Shown here: piece after piece, positions 38,501-50,600 of the stretch | How positions within the stretch are numbered: position 1 is the first letter of the stretch | Layout: every line of letters begins with the position of its first letter | Origin: Azolla caroliniana | Taxonomy: Eukaryota > Plantae > Polypodiophyta | Reading direction: 5' to 3' | DNA length: 64,000 nt | Assembly: GCA_043228905.1 (NCBI GenBank) | Contig: JBHGNT010000020.1 | Span: 5,828,001-5,892,000 of the forward strand | Translations under genes and position numbers: made by a program | The notes under the pieces: generated by a model | The model's database searches: none | The model's input: only the letters and a program-made list of their open reading frames with translations | Told to the model about the DNA's origin: nothing

Positions 38501-39391
38501 TAGTTCACATAGTGCTGCTAGCCGGATTGTTTCCGACTCCTTCTCGTTTAGGCGTTCCCGAACCTGTAACCGCAAACTGGGAACCTGGGATTCGATCGGC
38601 ATTACCGCTTCCAATCCGAATGCTAATCGAAAAGGCGTTGTCCGGATACTTGTCTTATATGCTATCCAGTAGGCCCAAAGTGCACTGTGCAGCTTTGTAT
38701 CCCAATTTGTCCGGTTCTCATTGACGATTTTCCGCAAGATGTTTTTTAGCATCTTATTTGTGGATTCGGCTAATTTGTTGGCTTAAGGATAATACGGAGT
38801 GCTTCGCTTGTGCACCACCGCATAGAATATCGTCAAGTTCTCCACCACTTGTCCTAGGAAATGCCCACCTTGGTCGCTAATTAGCTCGATCGGACATCCA
38901 TACCGGCACCAAATATATTCATATAAAAACTTTGCCATGGATGCCACGGTGTTGTCACGTAGTGCTTTGGCCTCCACCCACTTGGTGCAGTAGTCCGTAG
39001 CGACAATCACGTATCGGTTTCCGGTTCTCATTGCTGGTGGTTTAAATGGGCCGACGAAGTCCAGCCCCCATTTCTGAAATGGTTCCAATGGGAGCACCGG
39101 CTGGTGAGGCATTCTTGCATGTTCCGTTGGTTGGCCCATCCGCTGACATAAATCACATTTTTTAGCATACCGGACAACGTCTTTTAATGTCGTCAGCCAC
39201 CATAGGCCACACTACCATATTTTCTGTGCCATAGTGTCCCCAGCATAATGCCCTCTGGTAACGTCGCAGTGTGCTTCGCGCAGTATTTGGTTTTTTTGGT
39301 CGTTGCGCACCGCACGCTGCCATATGCCATCTGCGCCTTTATGGTACAGTGTGTCCTACAGTAGGTAGAAGTGCCGGCTTTGTAGTGCTAA
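35579..39391 (-). mobile_element. Gypsy-H (Tat-like) 3' half: integrase, accessory ORF, 3' LTR 35579-36038
   Basis: INT motifs WGLDFVGP, DYCTKWVEA, SDQGGHF and WTGPY at 38057-39390. The LTR is homologous to 44378-44813. Confidence 0.87.
36092..37738 (-). pseudogene. 3' accessory ORF of Gypsy-H (unknown function; N-terminal domain present, coiled coil absent)
   Basis: Reads MEAFSFREQ... through stops to VDWSVVIADGLCAA...AVAQWLTLL and ends DQSILDILDED*. Homologous to 41947-44323. Confidence 0.75.
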
Positions 39392-41744
39392 TCATTTGAT
39401 CGGGACAGAAGTAGTTATCGAGATGGATTGCCTGCCAATTCTCGGCATGGTTTCCGGATGCGCGACACCGGACCTGGCGATGCTCAGGTGGATAGCGTAC
39501 ATCAAGTCCCTGGACCCGGAAATACGACACATTTCCGGAAAGGACAACGCCATGGCCGACATGCTTTCGAGGGCGAGGTTTGATGACGAGGGCGACATGG
39601 TTTCGAAGGACGAAGAAGTCGGCGTGGACTTCTTCGAGGCAGCGTACATGACGACCGATGGGACGAGCACTCCGGTGCTTAACGGCTTCAACGAGAGCAA
39701 GTACGACGGCGAGTGGCTACAGATCGGTGGGTTTTTGAGAACAATGACGCCGATGCGTCATGGACGAGGGACGAGGCCAACCGGATCCGGAAGAAAGCAT
39801 ACCGATTCTTTCTCCGGGACGGATACTTATGGAAGCACCCGAAGAAGAGGAACGGCGTCCCGCTCCGGGTGGTGGCGATGAAGGAAGAACAGGAGGAGCT
39901 GCTGACGGCCTACCACGACAGCCCTTGGGCTGGACACCGTGGAACGTGGGCCACGTTCGAGAAGATAAGGGGAAGTACTGGTGGCCGGGACTGTACCGGG
40001 ACGTGCATCGGTTCGTGACAACTTGCGAGAGCTGTTAGATGCACTCTGTAGTCCGACATCGGGACGAGCTTCACCCTACGTACCCTCCGACCATCCACTT
40101 CAAATGGATGGTAGACCTGGTGACGATGCCGATGGGAGTAGGACAGATGCGGGATCTAGTCCTGGCTCAGGAAGATCTGACGAACCAGGTAGAAGGCCGA
40201 ACCCTTCAGAACAAAACGACCGCGGCCGTATGTCGGTTCCTGATCGAGGACGTGATATGCCGGTACGGGTGCGTCGGGAAGATCGTGGCTGACCGCGGGG
40301 AGTTGGACGCCGAAGAGGCCGAGGAGCTGTTCGACCGGCTAGGAGTCAAGCTCTCGCTTACCACTACGTACAATCCGGAGGCGAATGGGAAGGTGGAGCG
40401 CGGACACGGACCGATCGTCAAGGCATTAGTTCGGGCATGCGGAGGGCAAGTTGGGAACTGGCCACGGCTGCTGCCTTACGCGTTGTGGGCTGACCGAACT
40501 ACGCACAGTTCGGTAACCGAATTCATGCCGGCAGAGCTCATGTTCGGGCAGAAGCCGATCATGCCGATGGAACGTACAATCACCTCATGGGCAACCGTGG
40601 ACTGGAGAGACGAGATGAGCCGGGAGGAACTGTTGACGGCGCGCATACGGCAGCTCGAGCGAAGACCGGAGGACGTGGAGCAGGCTGCGGAAAAGCTTCG
40701 GGTGGCAAGGACGAGGAACAAAGCCCAGTTCGACCGGACGCACCGGCTCCGACCGAAGAAGATCGAGGAAGGCGACTGGGTGCTAGTCTACGACAGCAGC
40801 CTCGACAACCAGCACCCAGCGACACGGAAGATCGCAAGAAGGAGGTTCGGGCCTTACGTGGTACAAAGCGCCAACGACAACGGGACGTACCATCTGGCGG
40901 AACTCGACGGCACGAGAATGGCTATACCGGTAGCTGGGAAGCGGATCAAAGCGTTCAAGAAGCGTCACGACGACGAGCCGGATCCGGATAACCTGGACCG
41001 GGACGACGAACGATCCGAAACCGAAGAAGAATCGACGGGCGGGGAATAAAGGTTGGACCGGTTTTCTCCGTCCCAACTCAATTTGGCGCATGCCGGTGGA
41101 TGCGCGGTTAGGTGGGGGCGGATGTCGTGAAGAAAACCGTCCACAAGCGGAATCGGTGCACCCAAGCGTAGGAACCGGCTCTTCATGCACGTGCGCCTTA
41201 TGTTGTACATAGGAGATCCTAGGCAAGTAGATTCGGTAGGTAGGAAGTAAAGGGGAAACGGCTCCTTCCTTGCCTATAAAAGGAGGGAGACGAGGAGGGG
41301 CAAGGGATCGCAGAATCAGAGAGGACGAAGTGTTGTCGGGCTGTCGGTCGAAGGCTTCTCTCTCTTCCATACTCTCCGTAGCTTCTTTCTGTGCAGGTTT
41401 CGTGAGGCTCACGCTGCTCTGAGGAATGCCCGAGTGCTTCCGGCAGCACCTCTAACCTACTCCTTCCTTTCTGTGCGTTTGCGAACAGGCATCGGCATCT
41501 GTTCGCCGGCCTGTTCGGTTGTAACCGACTTCATGTTTTGTTGTTTGTCTCTGTTAATATATACTTACATACCGTTGTGCCTCTCTGTGTTGGTTTCCAC
41601 GCTCGCGTCTTCGTGTCGAAGGGCCGTGTCCCTGTGGATCTACGCTCGCACGTAGTGGGTCCCTTCTCCTCTCTCTCTTGCTCTTCGGTACAGGACCCCC
41701 GAGGTCCCACCTCATTCCACGCATCCGCGAGGAATACCTCGACA
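39392..41744 (+). mobile_element. Gypsy-J 3' part: RNase H end, integrase, PPT, LTR 41123-41744
   Basis: ORFs 39396-39881 and 40039-41049 are homologous to Gypsy-G RH/INT. GGTGGGGGCGGA precedes the LTR TGTCG...CGACA. Confidence 0.88.
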
Positions 41745-44700
41745 GTGCGTAAAAGCGTTGCAACTGGAAGAGGTGAACCTAGGCACCACGGACGAAGCAA
41801 AACCGGTGCACATCGCCAAGGAGATGAAGTCCGAAGACAAAACGGCGATGATCACACTTCTCACGGAATTTCGCGATGTGTTCGCCTGGTCATACGAAGA
41901 CATGCGAGGACTCGACCCTCAGTTATACCAGCATCAGGTGCACTTGATCGCAGACGGGTTGTGTGCGGCCATCGAGATCGTGAGAGGCAAAGACGGCAAA
42001 GAAGGCCGAGACGGACGGAGGATATGGCACGCCGTAACGCAGTGGCTCACCTTGCTTGTGCCACCCGTCCAGCCCGTCCAGCCCAAGAAGCGAGGAAGAG
42101 TGGCGGACGGCACCCCAAAGACGGCTTCCAAACGACAACAGTTGTTGGCCTCTAAGGCCACTAAGGGAAAGGCGGCGGATGCAGAACAGGCGGCAACAGG
42201 AAGCGGCAGCCGGAAGCGCCCGACGGAGGCGCAGGAGGAACCACCGGCACGGCCCGTGAAGGTCACACTCCGCCGACCGGTGAATAGAGAAGCGGACCCC
42301 TTGGCGGCAAAACTCAATGTCGGGGCTCAGGAGGAGGAAATAGAGGAGGAGCCCACAGAGCACCTCCAGCGACGGTCGTCGGCAAGGACCATTGAGACAG
42401 TCGGGAAACGTTCAGACCCTCAGACGAAGGGAACACCGGCTCCCCTTAGTGAGACTCCCACGCCAAGGAAGGAACCGGAACCGGTGCGCATGGCACCGGA
42501 AACAGAAGCCCCGGCACCACCGGCAACACCGGCAAGTCCCATCCCGCCAAAGCCGGAAAGGTCAATGCAGCCTCCCTCGGTCAGCCAAGAAGAAGCGCAA
42601 GGGGAACCAGGACAGCAGGGTGGTCCACGGGCAGAAACGGAACTGCAACTCGGCGCAACCAGGCGAGACCACCCCTCTACAAGTGAGCCCATCTGTCAAA
42701 CCTCCGTGCAAGCACAACAAGGCACCGGTAGCTTGTGGCTCCGGTGGATAGACGAACAGATAGCCGGAGCAGTGGGGTATATTGAGGCGGAAGAAAGAGC
42801 GCAAAGCGAACGGTTGCTCGTCACAACCGAACAACTAGAGACGGCCCGGTCCAGAATCGGGTGCCTTGAAAAAGACTTGAATCAGGTCACGATAGAGATG
42901 GCCAAAATGGCCTTAACGGCAACACAGATCCAATCACCAGTGACTCCGGTAAGTGTACAGAATAAAGAAACAGAACGACCGGTACATAGCAATAAGACCC
43001 CGGCAACGGAAACCGTTCCGGCGAGAGATGCGGCGCAAGCCCAGGAGCTTGCGGAATTGAGAGATGAAGTTGCCGCACAAGAAGCGCTAAGGAGCCGTGA
43101 ACGAGAATTGAAGACAGCGGTCGAAGCCGAATTAAAGAAGACTGTTGAGAACCTCCGCCGGGCAGAGGAGAGCCTCCGGAAAGGCCATCAAGCGTACGAC
43201 TGGCTAAAGGAGGAGAAAGACAAAGTGCTGCAGGAAAAGGACAAGCTGCGGAAAACGGCGGAAACAGAGATTGAACGGCTAAAGGAAGAGCTCCGCAAGC
43301 AGAAGGACCGCGAGGACCGGACCCGTCGTCAGATCAACGCACGGCTCAAGCAAAAGACAGATGATTTTGAGCACCTGCACCGGGACTACAAATGGCTGGA
43401 AACGGAGCATAAAGAACGGATGGCCGAGCTCCAGCAGGCAGTTGATCGGGCCGCGACGGCGATCGCCGACGAACGTGCGGAAAATACAAGACGCTTGGAC
43501 GAGGCGGAGAAGGTCCGGATGGAGCTCCAGAGGCAGCAGCAGGAAGACAAAGAGAGAGCGTCAACAATATTGCAGAAATTACAAAGCACATATCAAAGGC
43601 AATTGACGCATTACAAGGCGCAGGCGGAGGACAACGTCAAAATCATCAAACAACTGAAGGAGGAACGGCAAGCGGCGGAAACCAAATCGCAATTGGGAAC
43701 GAGCCGGATTCAGTCCATCCTCCGGGCATGGCTGAATCAGAAAAAACACTTGATTGATGAAAGCTCCATAAAATGGTGGACAAAGTGGGCACAAAACGCG
43801 GCGGAACTCCAGTCGCTACGGGCAGATTGGCAAACCGGCGGAAGGAAGGAGATGATTGTTATACGTTGACTTCCGAGGACTTCACCGCCATACGAGACGA
43901 GCTGGCCGACGACTTCCAAGTCCTGGCAGATGAACACTGGTGCAAGTCAGGCAGCTCGTAGCTCAGCTAGACGATGATAGGCTGGACGCTCAAATCCAGT
44001 TTGAAAGCTACGAGCGGTCCCGGGTGCGGGAAGAAAAAGCACGGGAAGCGGCAACGGTTAACCTTAGTGATGAGGAACCTTCGCCGGCTGAGGGCCAGCC
44101 CGGCACCAGTCAACCGGAGACCACTACGACGAAGGGAGCAACGACGGAGATGCCGGCGTCAAAGGAACACACGGAGGAGCAATTGCAGCAGTCACCAACG
44201 AACCCGCTGCAGTAGACATCAACAGAGCAGCAACAACAACAACAACAACAACAACAACCAATTCCAGATGAACCATTGGAGCCTCTCGAACAAAGCATTC
44301 TGGATATTTTGGACGAAGAATAGCAAGGGTCGGTTGTGGATTTGACGTACAAGGTACTGTCCCACGGGTGTGCCATGTGTTACCGGCCGGCAAAGGAGTC
44401 CAGAGTGGGAAACGGAGAGTTAATTGAGTAGTAGGAATATGGTTGTAAGTAAGCTATGAGTGTGGACGGACGAACCGGAATCGGTATGCCGTTCCGGATC
44501 CGAACCGATCCCGAAGAGGTGCGGATGGCACCGTTTTGTAATACAGACCGGAAACCTATTTAAAGGCCCGGATACAATGTAATAGTGAGCGGTGAATTAA
44601 TAAAAGTTGAGCGTTATTATCTATCTATGTTAATTGCCGTTCTGTCTTAATTGTTATATCTTACGCGTGTGTTTATGAAAGACGATCATAATAAGTAACT

Positions 44701-44813
44701 TAATTAAGTCGGATTAAGCGTTGAAGTCTAATCCGGTTGCCGTAACACCCTTTGGTGAAGTGTCTCCCGTAGACACCCTGTGTTAGGCCATTGTCCGGCC
44801 CGAAGAGTTAACA
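41745..44813 (+). mobile_element. Gypsy-I (Tat-like): pre-RT pol fragment fused to accessory ORF, 3' LTR 44378-44813
   Basis: FRDVFAWSYEDMRGLDP is joined at ~41946 to IADGLCAA. LTR TGTTA...TAACA. Confidence 0.85.
41947..44323 (+). pseudogene. 3' accessory ORF of Gypsy-I: Pro-rich linker, long coiled coil, helical domain, poly-Q, acidic tail
   Basis: Open to 43869, then frameshifts at ~43850 and ~43940 and a stop at 44213. (CAA)n at ~44230-44257. Ends EQSILDILDEE*. Confidence 0.75.
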
Positions 44814-46035
44814 GTAAATTCTACCTTACTATTTAATACTCTTGTTTCTAGTACCTTTTTTATATCCGTCATTGTTTCTATGTCTGAAGCAAGCTTGAAA
44901 GATGGGCTTTTCTTCCCTTTTACTCTATCAACTTCCTTCGTCTCAGGAGCACCCTTTTCTATATCCCTTCTCTTTTGTTCTTGTGTCTCATGTTTCTTTG
45001 CCGGATCAGCCTCCTCATCTCTCTTTTGCTTCTCTTCCACTAGTACCTCTTGTGCATTCACTTGGGCGAATGCTAATAGTGCGTCTACTGGATCATTCCA
45101 TCCAGTGAAGTTCTATATTTCATCTCCCGCTCTTTTTAATTCATCCACTCGAACCTTCCCTTTCCTTGCATAATCTATCACATCTTGCCAAAAGCCAGAT
45201 CCACCATATGAGCCTTCTACACGCAACCCTAACGTTGCGACGGATTGTATCACTTGAGTTGTTTCTCTCTCGGCATCTTCCATTAGCTTTTTCATTCCAC
45301 CTCGCCCGAAGTTGAGTTGAAGTGGTTGTCGAGTCTCTGTCAAGTGAATCTTACCATCTTGATAATAGATTTTATCATGATTAAGAGCATCCCTACGTTC
45401 TTGACAATCTTTCTTCTAATGGTCGATACTGTCACACCACATACACCTTCGAACCATTCCACCTCCTTGGCTTGACAAAGCTGAGCTTTGTCCCAATTCT
45501 AGCTTTGTCACTTTGATCGACAAGTCTTTCATGCCTTTCACCAACTCATGCAAGAGTGAATCTTCTATTTTCTTCTCGTCGGAGTTGTTTCCCATTTTGT
45601 CTTCCTTCCTCTCCAGCAGCTCCATAAACCATAACATTCTTTTATAGAAATGGGTGCAAGCCCTTTTCACCTCCTCCCAGTCTTCAGTAAGTCCATTCGG
45701 ACTATTCTGATCTTCCAGGAGCATTCCCAAGTCTTTCCTGTCTTTAATATTAGTAGCTTGTAGAAACAATATTATTTTATCTGGCATTATTATATTTCTA
45801 TCCCTAACATTTAATTGCTCAAATCTTTCTGAAAACTCTTTTAACACTTCCAAAACACATAATTGTTTATCAAACTCTACCCAATCCATGAAATCTTGCC
45901 TTGTCATTCTTGACATATCATTGAGGTTGTATTCATTCAATAATTCTCTTTCGAAAGTCGCCCATGGCTAATGCTCCCTCTATAGCTCTTGGATCCTCTC
46001 TTGTAGACCAATCGCAGTGACTCAACTAAAGCTAT

Positions 46036-47097
46036 TGTTGGGAGACAGGTCCCTCCGGATGGGAAGGGAGAAGATCAGTGACGATGAACAAACTCGTCCG
46101 AGGCCGATAGGCCTCGGCCGAAACCGTATGAGGAGTACCCGGCCGAAACCGTATGAGGAGTACCCGACTACAAAGAACCGGATGGTGTAGGCCCGGTATG
46201 AACCGGATGAGGAGTACCCGGCTACGGAGAGCCGGATGGTGCAGGCCCGGTATGAACCGGATGAGGAGTACCCGGCTACGGAGAGCCGGATGGTGCAGGC
46301 CCGGTATGAACCGGATGAGGAGTACCCGGCTACGGAGAGCCGGATGGTGCAGGCCCGGTATGAACCGGATGAGGAGTACCCAGCTACGGAGAGCCGGATG
46401 GTGCAGGCCCGGTATGAACCGGATGAGGAGTACCCGGCTACGGAGAGCCGGATGGTGCAGGCCCGGTATGAACCGGATGAGGAGTACCCGGCTACGGAGA
46501 GCCGGATGGTGCAGGCCCGGTATGAACCGGATGAGGAGTACCCGGCTACGGAGAGCCGGATGGTGCAGGCCCGGTATGAACCGGATGAGGAGTACCCGGC
46601 TACGGAGAGCCGGATGGTGCAGACCCGGTATGAACCGGAGGAAGAGACATATTCGTAAATATGTTTCTGAGAGCCCATTGTGGCTATATTTGTAAATAGC
46701 CGAAAAGTCATATTAGTATAAATATGACTTAGGGCAAACTAATATTATGTTGTTGTTATTTTTCTTGTTGGTGCAAGAAGCAGAGACAGTACGTAACGTT
46801 GTACAGAGAGAGAGAGAGAAAGAGGTCGTTGCCTCTGTTGTAACCGCCGCCTGTGGCGAAGATCGTGAGTCCGAGGTCGTTGCCTCCGTGAACTCACTGT
46901 TTTGTACATTCTTACATAGTGACAGTTTGCAGCCTGTGGGCTGCCGTGGTTTTTCCCCTAGTTTGGGGTTTTCCACGTAAACCTCCTGTGTATCTTCCTC
47001 TCCTTTGTGTCGTGTTTTTCGTTTCCTGGTTTCTGTGTATGAAAAGAATCTCGGTTGTGGCCGAGCGTTGCGCATAAGGAACGACAAGTTCCCGTCA
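46036..47097 (+). mobile_element. Solo LTR of the Copia-E family; TSD GCTAT
   Basis: TGTTGGGAGACAGG...CCCGTCA is homologous to the Copia-E LTRs. GCTAT at 46031-46035 and 47098-47102. Confidence 0.95.
46153..46638. repeat. 54-bp tandem repeat, 9 copies, inside the solo LTR (4 and 5 copies in the Copia-E LTRs)
   Basis: Unit atgaggagtacccggctacggagagccggatggtgcaggcccggtatgaaccgg; 18-aa periodicity in the ORF track. Confidence 0.95.
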
Positions 47098-47318
47098 GCT
47101 ATTAATTTCTGTAGCTTCGTCAACACCACGTTTAAGCATTTCTTCATTGTAAATCTTCAGAAATCTTGTTAAATTTATACCTTCAAATATTCCTACGCAA
47201 GCAAGAATATTGTCGATGGCTTTGTCGATGCTTGCCATCATCCCTTGCTCTCGCATCATTCGTTCCACCATCGTACACATAAGCCTCATTTGCTCCTCCA
47301 TTTCTCCTTGTCGCCACC

Positions 47319-47336
47319 TTCATGTCGGGTTCACCA
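47319..47336 (-). promoter_or_regulatory. Primer-binding site complementary to the tRNA-Trp 3' end
   Basis: The plus strand ttcatgtcgggttcacca matches the plant tRNA-Trp 3' end (TTCACGTCGGGTTCA-CCA, recalled from memory) with one mismatch, 4 nt from the LTR. Confidence 0.75.
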
Positions 47337-47689
47337 AATGTGTCAAGGTAGTTGTGGTTTGTGCGGCGAAGTCACAGGGACTAGGGTTAAGGGGAGTTGA
47401 AGGAACTTTTATAAGGCTTGCGCACAAATGTTAGGAAGATTAAGAATAAGGAGAATAGTTTAAAGTAATGTGTGTGAGAGAGAGAGGAGTATACATAAAA
47501 AATAGAGACAATGTATGATTCAAGAAGCAAGATAGAGACAAAGTATGATTTAAGAAAAAAAATTATATGATATGAACATGATGTATATTATGAATACAAG
47601 GATGAGGTATCTAAGCAACTCAAGGACTATTTACGAATGGGTTATATACATTATAGTAAATCTCCATGGGGTGCACTAGCGCACCCACT

Positions 47690-50600
47690 GACAGCCGAAT
47701 GTTGTACACGGAGGCGGATCGGTCCCGTGGGCGTGGTGGACAAGGCGGGTCGGCACGCAATGGAGGTGGCCGGCAAGAGCAAGAACGAAGGCACAGAGAA
47801 TGTGCCGACAGCGGTTCCGAGACTCCCACAGGCAGGGGGAGTCATGGCGACACTAGAAGATGCCAAGAGAAGTCAGCAACGGAATGTTGGTATTGTGGCA
47901 AAAAGGGCCACAGAGAAAGCGAGTGCTGGAGAAAACGAGCCGATTTAGACAAATCCGGATCCGGCAAGGCCAGCAAGGATGGCCGGCAAAGTTCGCACTA
48001 CGCGAAGGGATCGGGAGGATCCAAGAACAGTAATGGGCCAACCTTGGTGATGAAGCACGAGGCGAACTCGATGAAGAAGACCACTTCCAAATCGGAGCAA
48101 GTGTGGTATGTTGATTCCGGTGCGTCGAACCACATGACGAGCCACAAAGAGTGGTTCTCCTTTTTGGAAAAACCGGATCAACCAGGAGTAGTCGAAACCG
48201 GAGACGACACTCCTCACCCAATTGTGCACGTCGGAGAAGTCCCTTTGAGCCACATCGGACAAAAAGGGAAGCTGATGAACGTATTACACGTTCCGACAAT
48301 CACGAAGAACCTGGTGTCGATCGGACAGATCGTCGACCAAGGGATGCAGGTGCGGTTTACGCACCTCGGGTGCTTCATCGAGGAAGAGGGCCAGATTATT
48401 GCGCAAGGGCGCAGAGACGAGAGGATGTTTATCCTCGACACCAATGACGCCGGCACCGCTCTGTTTGCAAAAGGATAGAAGGTCGAATCGGACATCGGCC
48501 TATGGCACAAGCGGATAGGCCATGTCAATTACCGGAGGCTTCAAGACCTACAAACGAAACAAGTTGTTTTCGGTTTGCCAAAGTTTAGCGGCCGGAAGGC
48601 CCAAGTATGTGAAGCCAGCCAACTCGGGAAGCAACACCCGCTTCCATTCCCCACCGAACGTAACCAGAGCCGTAACAAGCTCGACCTTATCCATTTGGAT
48701 GTGTGGGGACTGGCACAGAATGTTAGTCTTGGCGAGAGTCGATATTTCATCTCCTTCATCGACGACTATACGCGGCACACATGGATCTACCTCATTGAAC
48801 GGAAGAGTGAAGTCTTCGAGTGTTTCCGGAGACCCCAAAGCATGGTGGAACGGGAATCGGAGAGGAAGATCAAATGCCTGTGGTCGGACGGCGGGAAAGA
48901 ATACTTTTCCGGCCAATTCAACAGTTATCTGCAGCAAACGGGAATTCGGCGAGAGTTCAGCTGCAGATACACACCGCAACAGAACGGTATTGCCAATAGG
49001 AAGAACCAGTCGCTCATTGATGCGGCAAGGGCAATGCTAGAGGAGAAGAGCATGCCCAAATTCTACTGGGCAGAGGCAGTCCAAACGGCTATCTACATCC
49101 AAAACCGGATCGGTGACAAGGTGTTAGATCACGAGTTGTATTTCGGGCACAAGACGAATTTGAGACCCCTTAAGATCTTCAGTAGCATTGCATATGTCCA
49201 TGTACCGGATGAGAAGCGGAAGAAGCTGGATGCAAAATCAAAAAAATGCATCCTAGTTGGGTATGCTCAAAAGCAAAAGGGTTATAAGTGTTATAACCCC
49301 CGGACAAAGCTAGTTAGAGTTAGTCGAGATGTCGAGTTTGATGAATCGGCATCATGGTACTCCCTACCGACTCCGACTTCGACTTCCGAATCTGACCCGA
49401 TGTCGGAGGATGAGGCTAGTGAGCCTGAACCGGCCCAGGTAGAGGATGATGAGGCGTGGACTCAGGATGAGAGTCCGGAATCGTTCCGGTTGAGCGGGCT
49501 GAACGAGAGACTGACTCAATCTAACTAGTCCGATGAGGAACCAGCGAGTAGTGGAGACTCTGCCGTGCACTCCCCGCGCAAGGAACCATGGCGATGATTC
49601 ACGCGCAAAGAGAAGGGGAAGAAGAAGATGCTGGAATTCGAAACCGGCAACGATGAGTCAGATCAGTGTGCATCCGACTCCGGCAAGGAGAAAGGCGGAT
49701 CTTCGGCAACGAAGATCGAACCGGCCAAGAAGGGCCTCAAACCGGGTAACAGTGAGTTACGTCAATCCACCCGCCAGAAGGATCCCGTCAAGCGGTACGG
49801 GTACAATGAGTACATGGCGCATCACTATGCGTACATGACTAAGGTGGCGAAAGTGTGTGAGCCGGAGAGCTACGCAGAAGCGGCCAAGGACACAAATTGG
49901 CATGCTGCTATGGAGGAAGAAATGTGGGCACTTGATGTCAACAAGACATGGGACCTGGTTGACCCTCCTTGTCACTGTAAACCGATCGGATGCAAGTGGA
50001 TATACAAGGTAAATTACAATGCCGACGGTTCTGTTAACCGGTATAAAGCCCAGTTAGTGGCGAAGGGATATGCGCAGACCCACGGAATCGACTACAACGA
50101 GACCTTCGCTCCGGTAGCGAAGATGACGACAGTTCGTGTGGTGTTGGTGGTTGTTGCAGCAAGGGGGTGGTATCTTCACCAGATGGATGTGAAGAATGTG
50201 TTTCTTCAAGGTGATCTTGAAGAAGAAGTCTTTATGACTCAGCCCCCCAGCTTTCAATCCGAGATGAACAATTCGGAGGTATGCCGGCTGAAGAAGTCGT
50301 TGTACGGCCTGAAGCAAGCCCCTTGAGCTTGGAATGCGAAGATCACGCACCAATTGCGTAAGATGGGGTTTGTGGCCTCCAAATCGGACTCTTCGTTGTT
50401 CATCCGGCAAGGCTCAACCAGTCTGGTATGTATACTGTTGTATGTTGATGATCTAGTCATCACCGAACCGGGTGTTCCAAAAATCAACCGCGTCAAGTCC
50501 CTATTGTCGGACGCATTTGAGATGAAGGACCTGGGGGACCTTCATTATTTTCTTGGGATCGAGGTGATCCAAACCCCCGACGGCATATTACTCTCACAAC

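Noticed and set aside
41758-43869. Host myosin/SMC-like gene
   Set aside because: It is fused to a pol fragment, followed by an LTR, and homologous to ORFs in other Gypsy copies.
46153-46638. CRISPR array or repeat-protein gene
   Set aside because: Head-to-tail 54-bp units with no unique spacers, inside an LTR. The ORFs exist only because 54 is divisible by 3.
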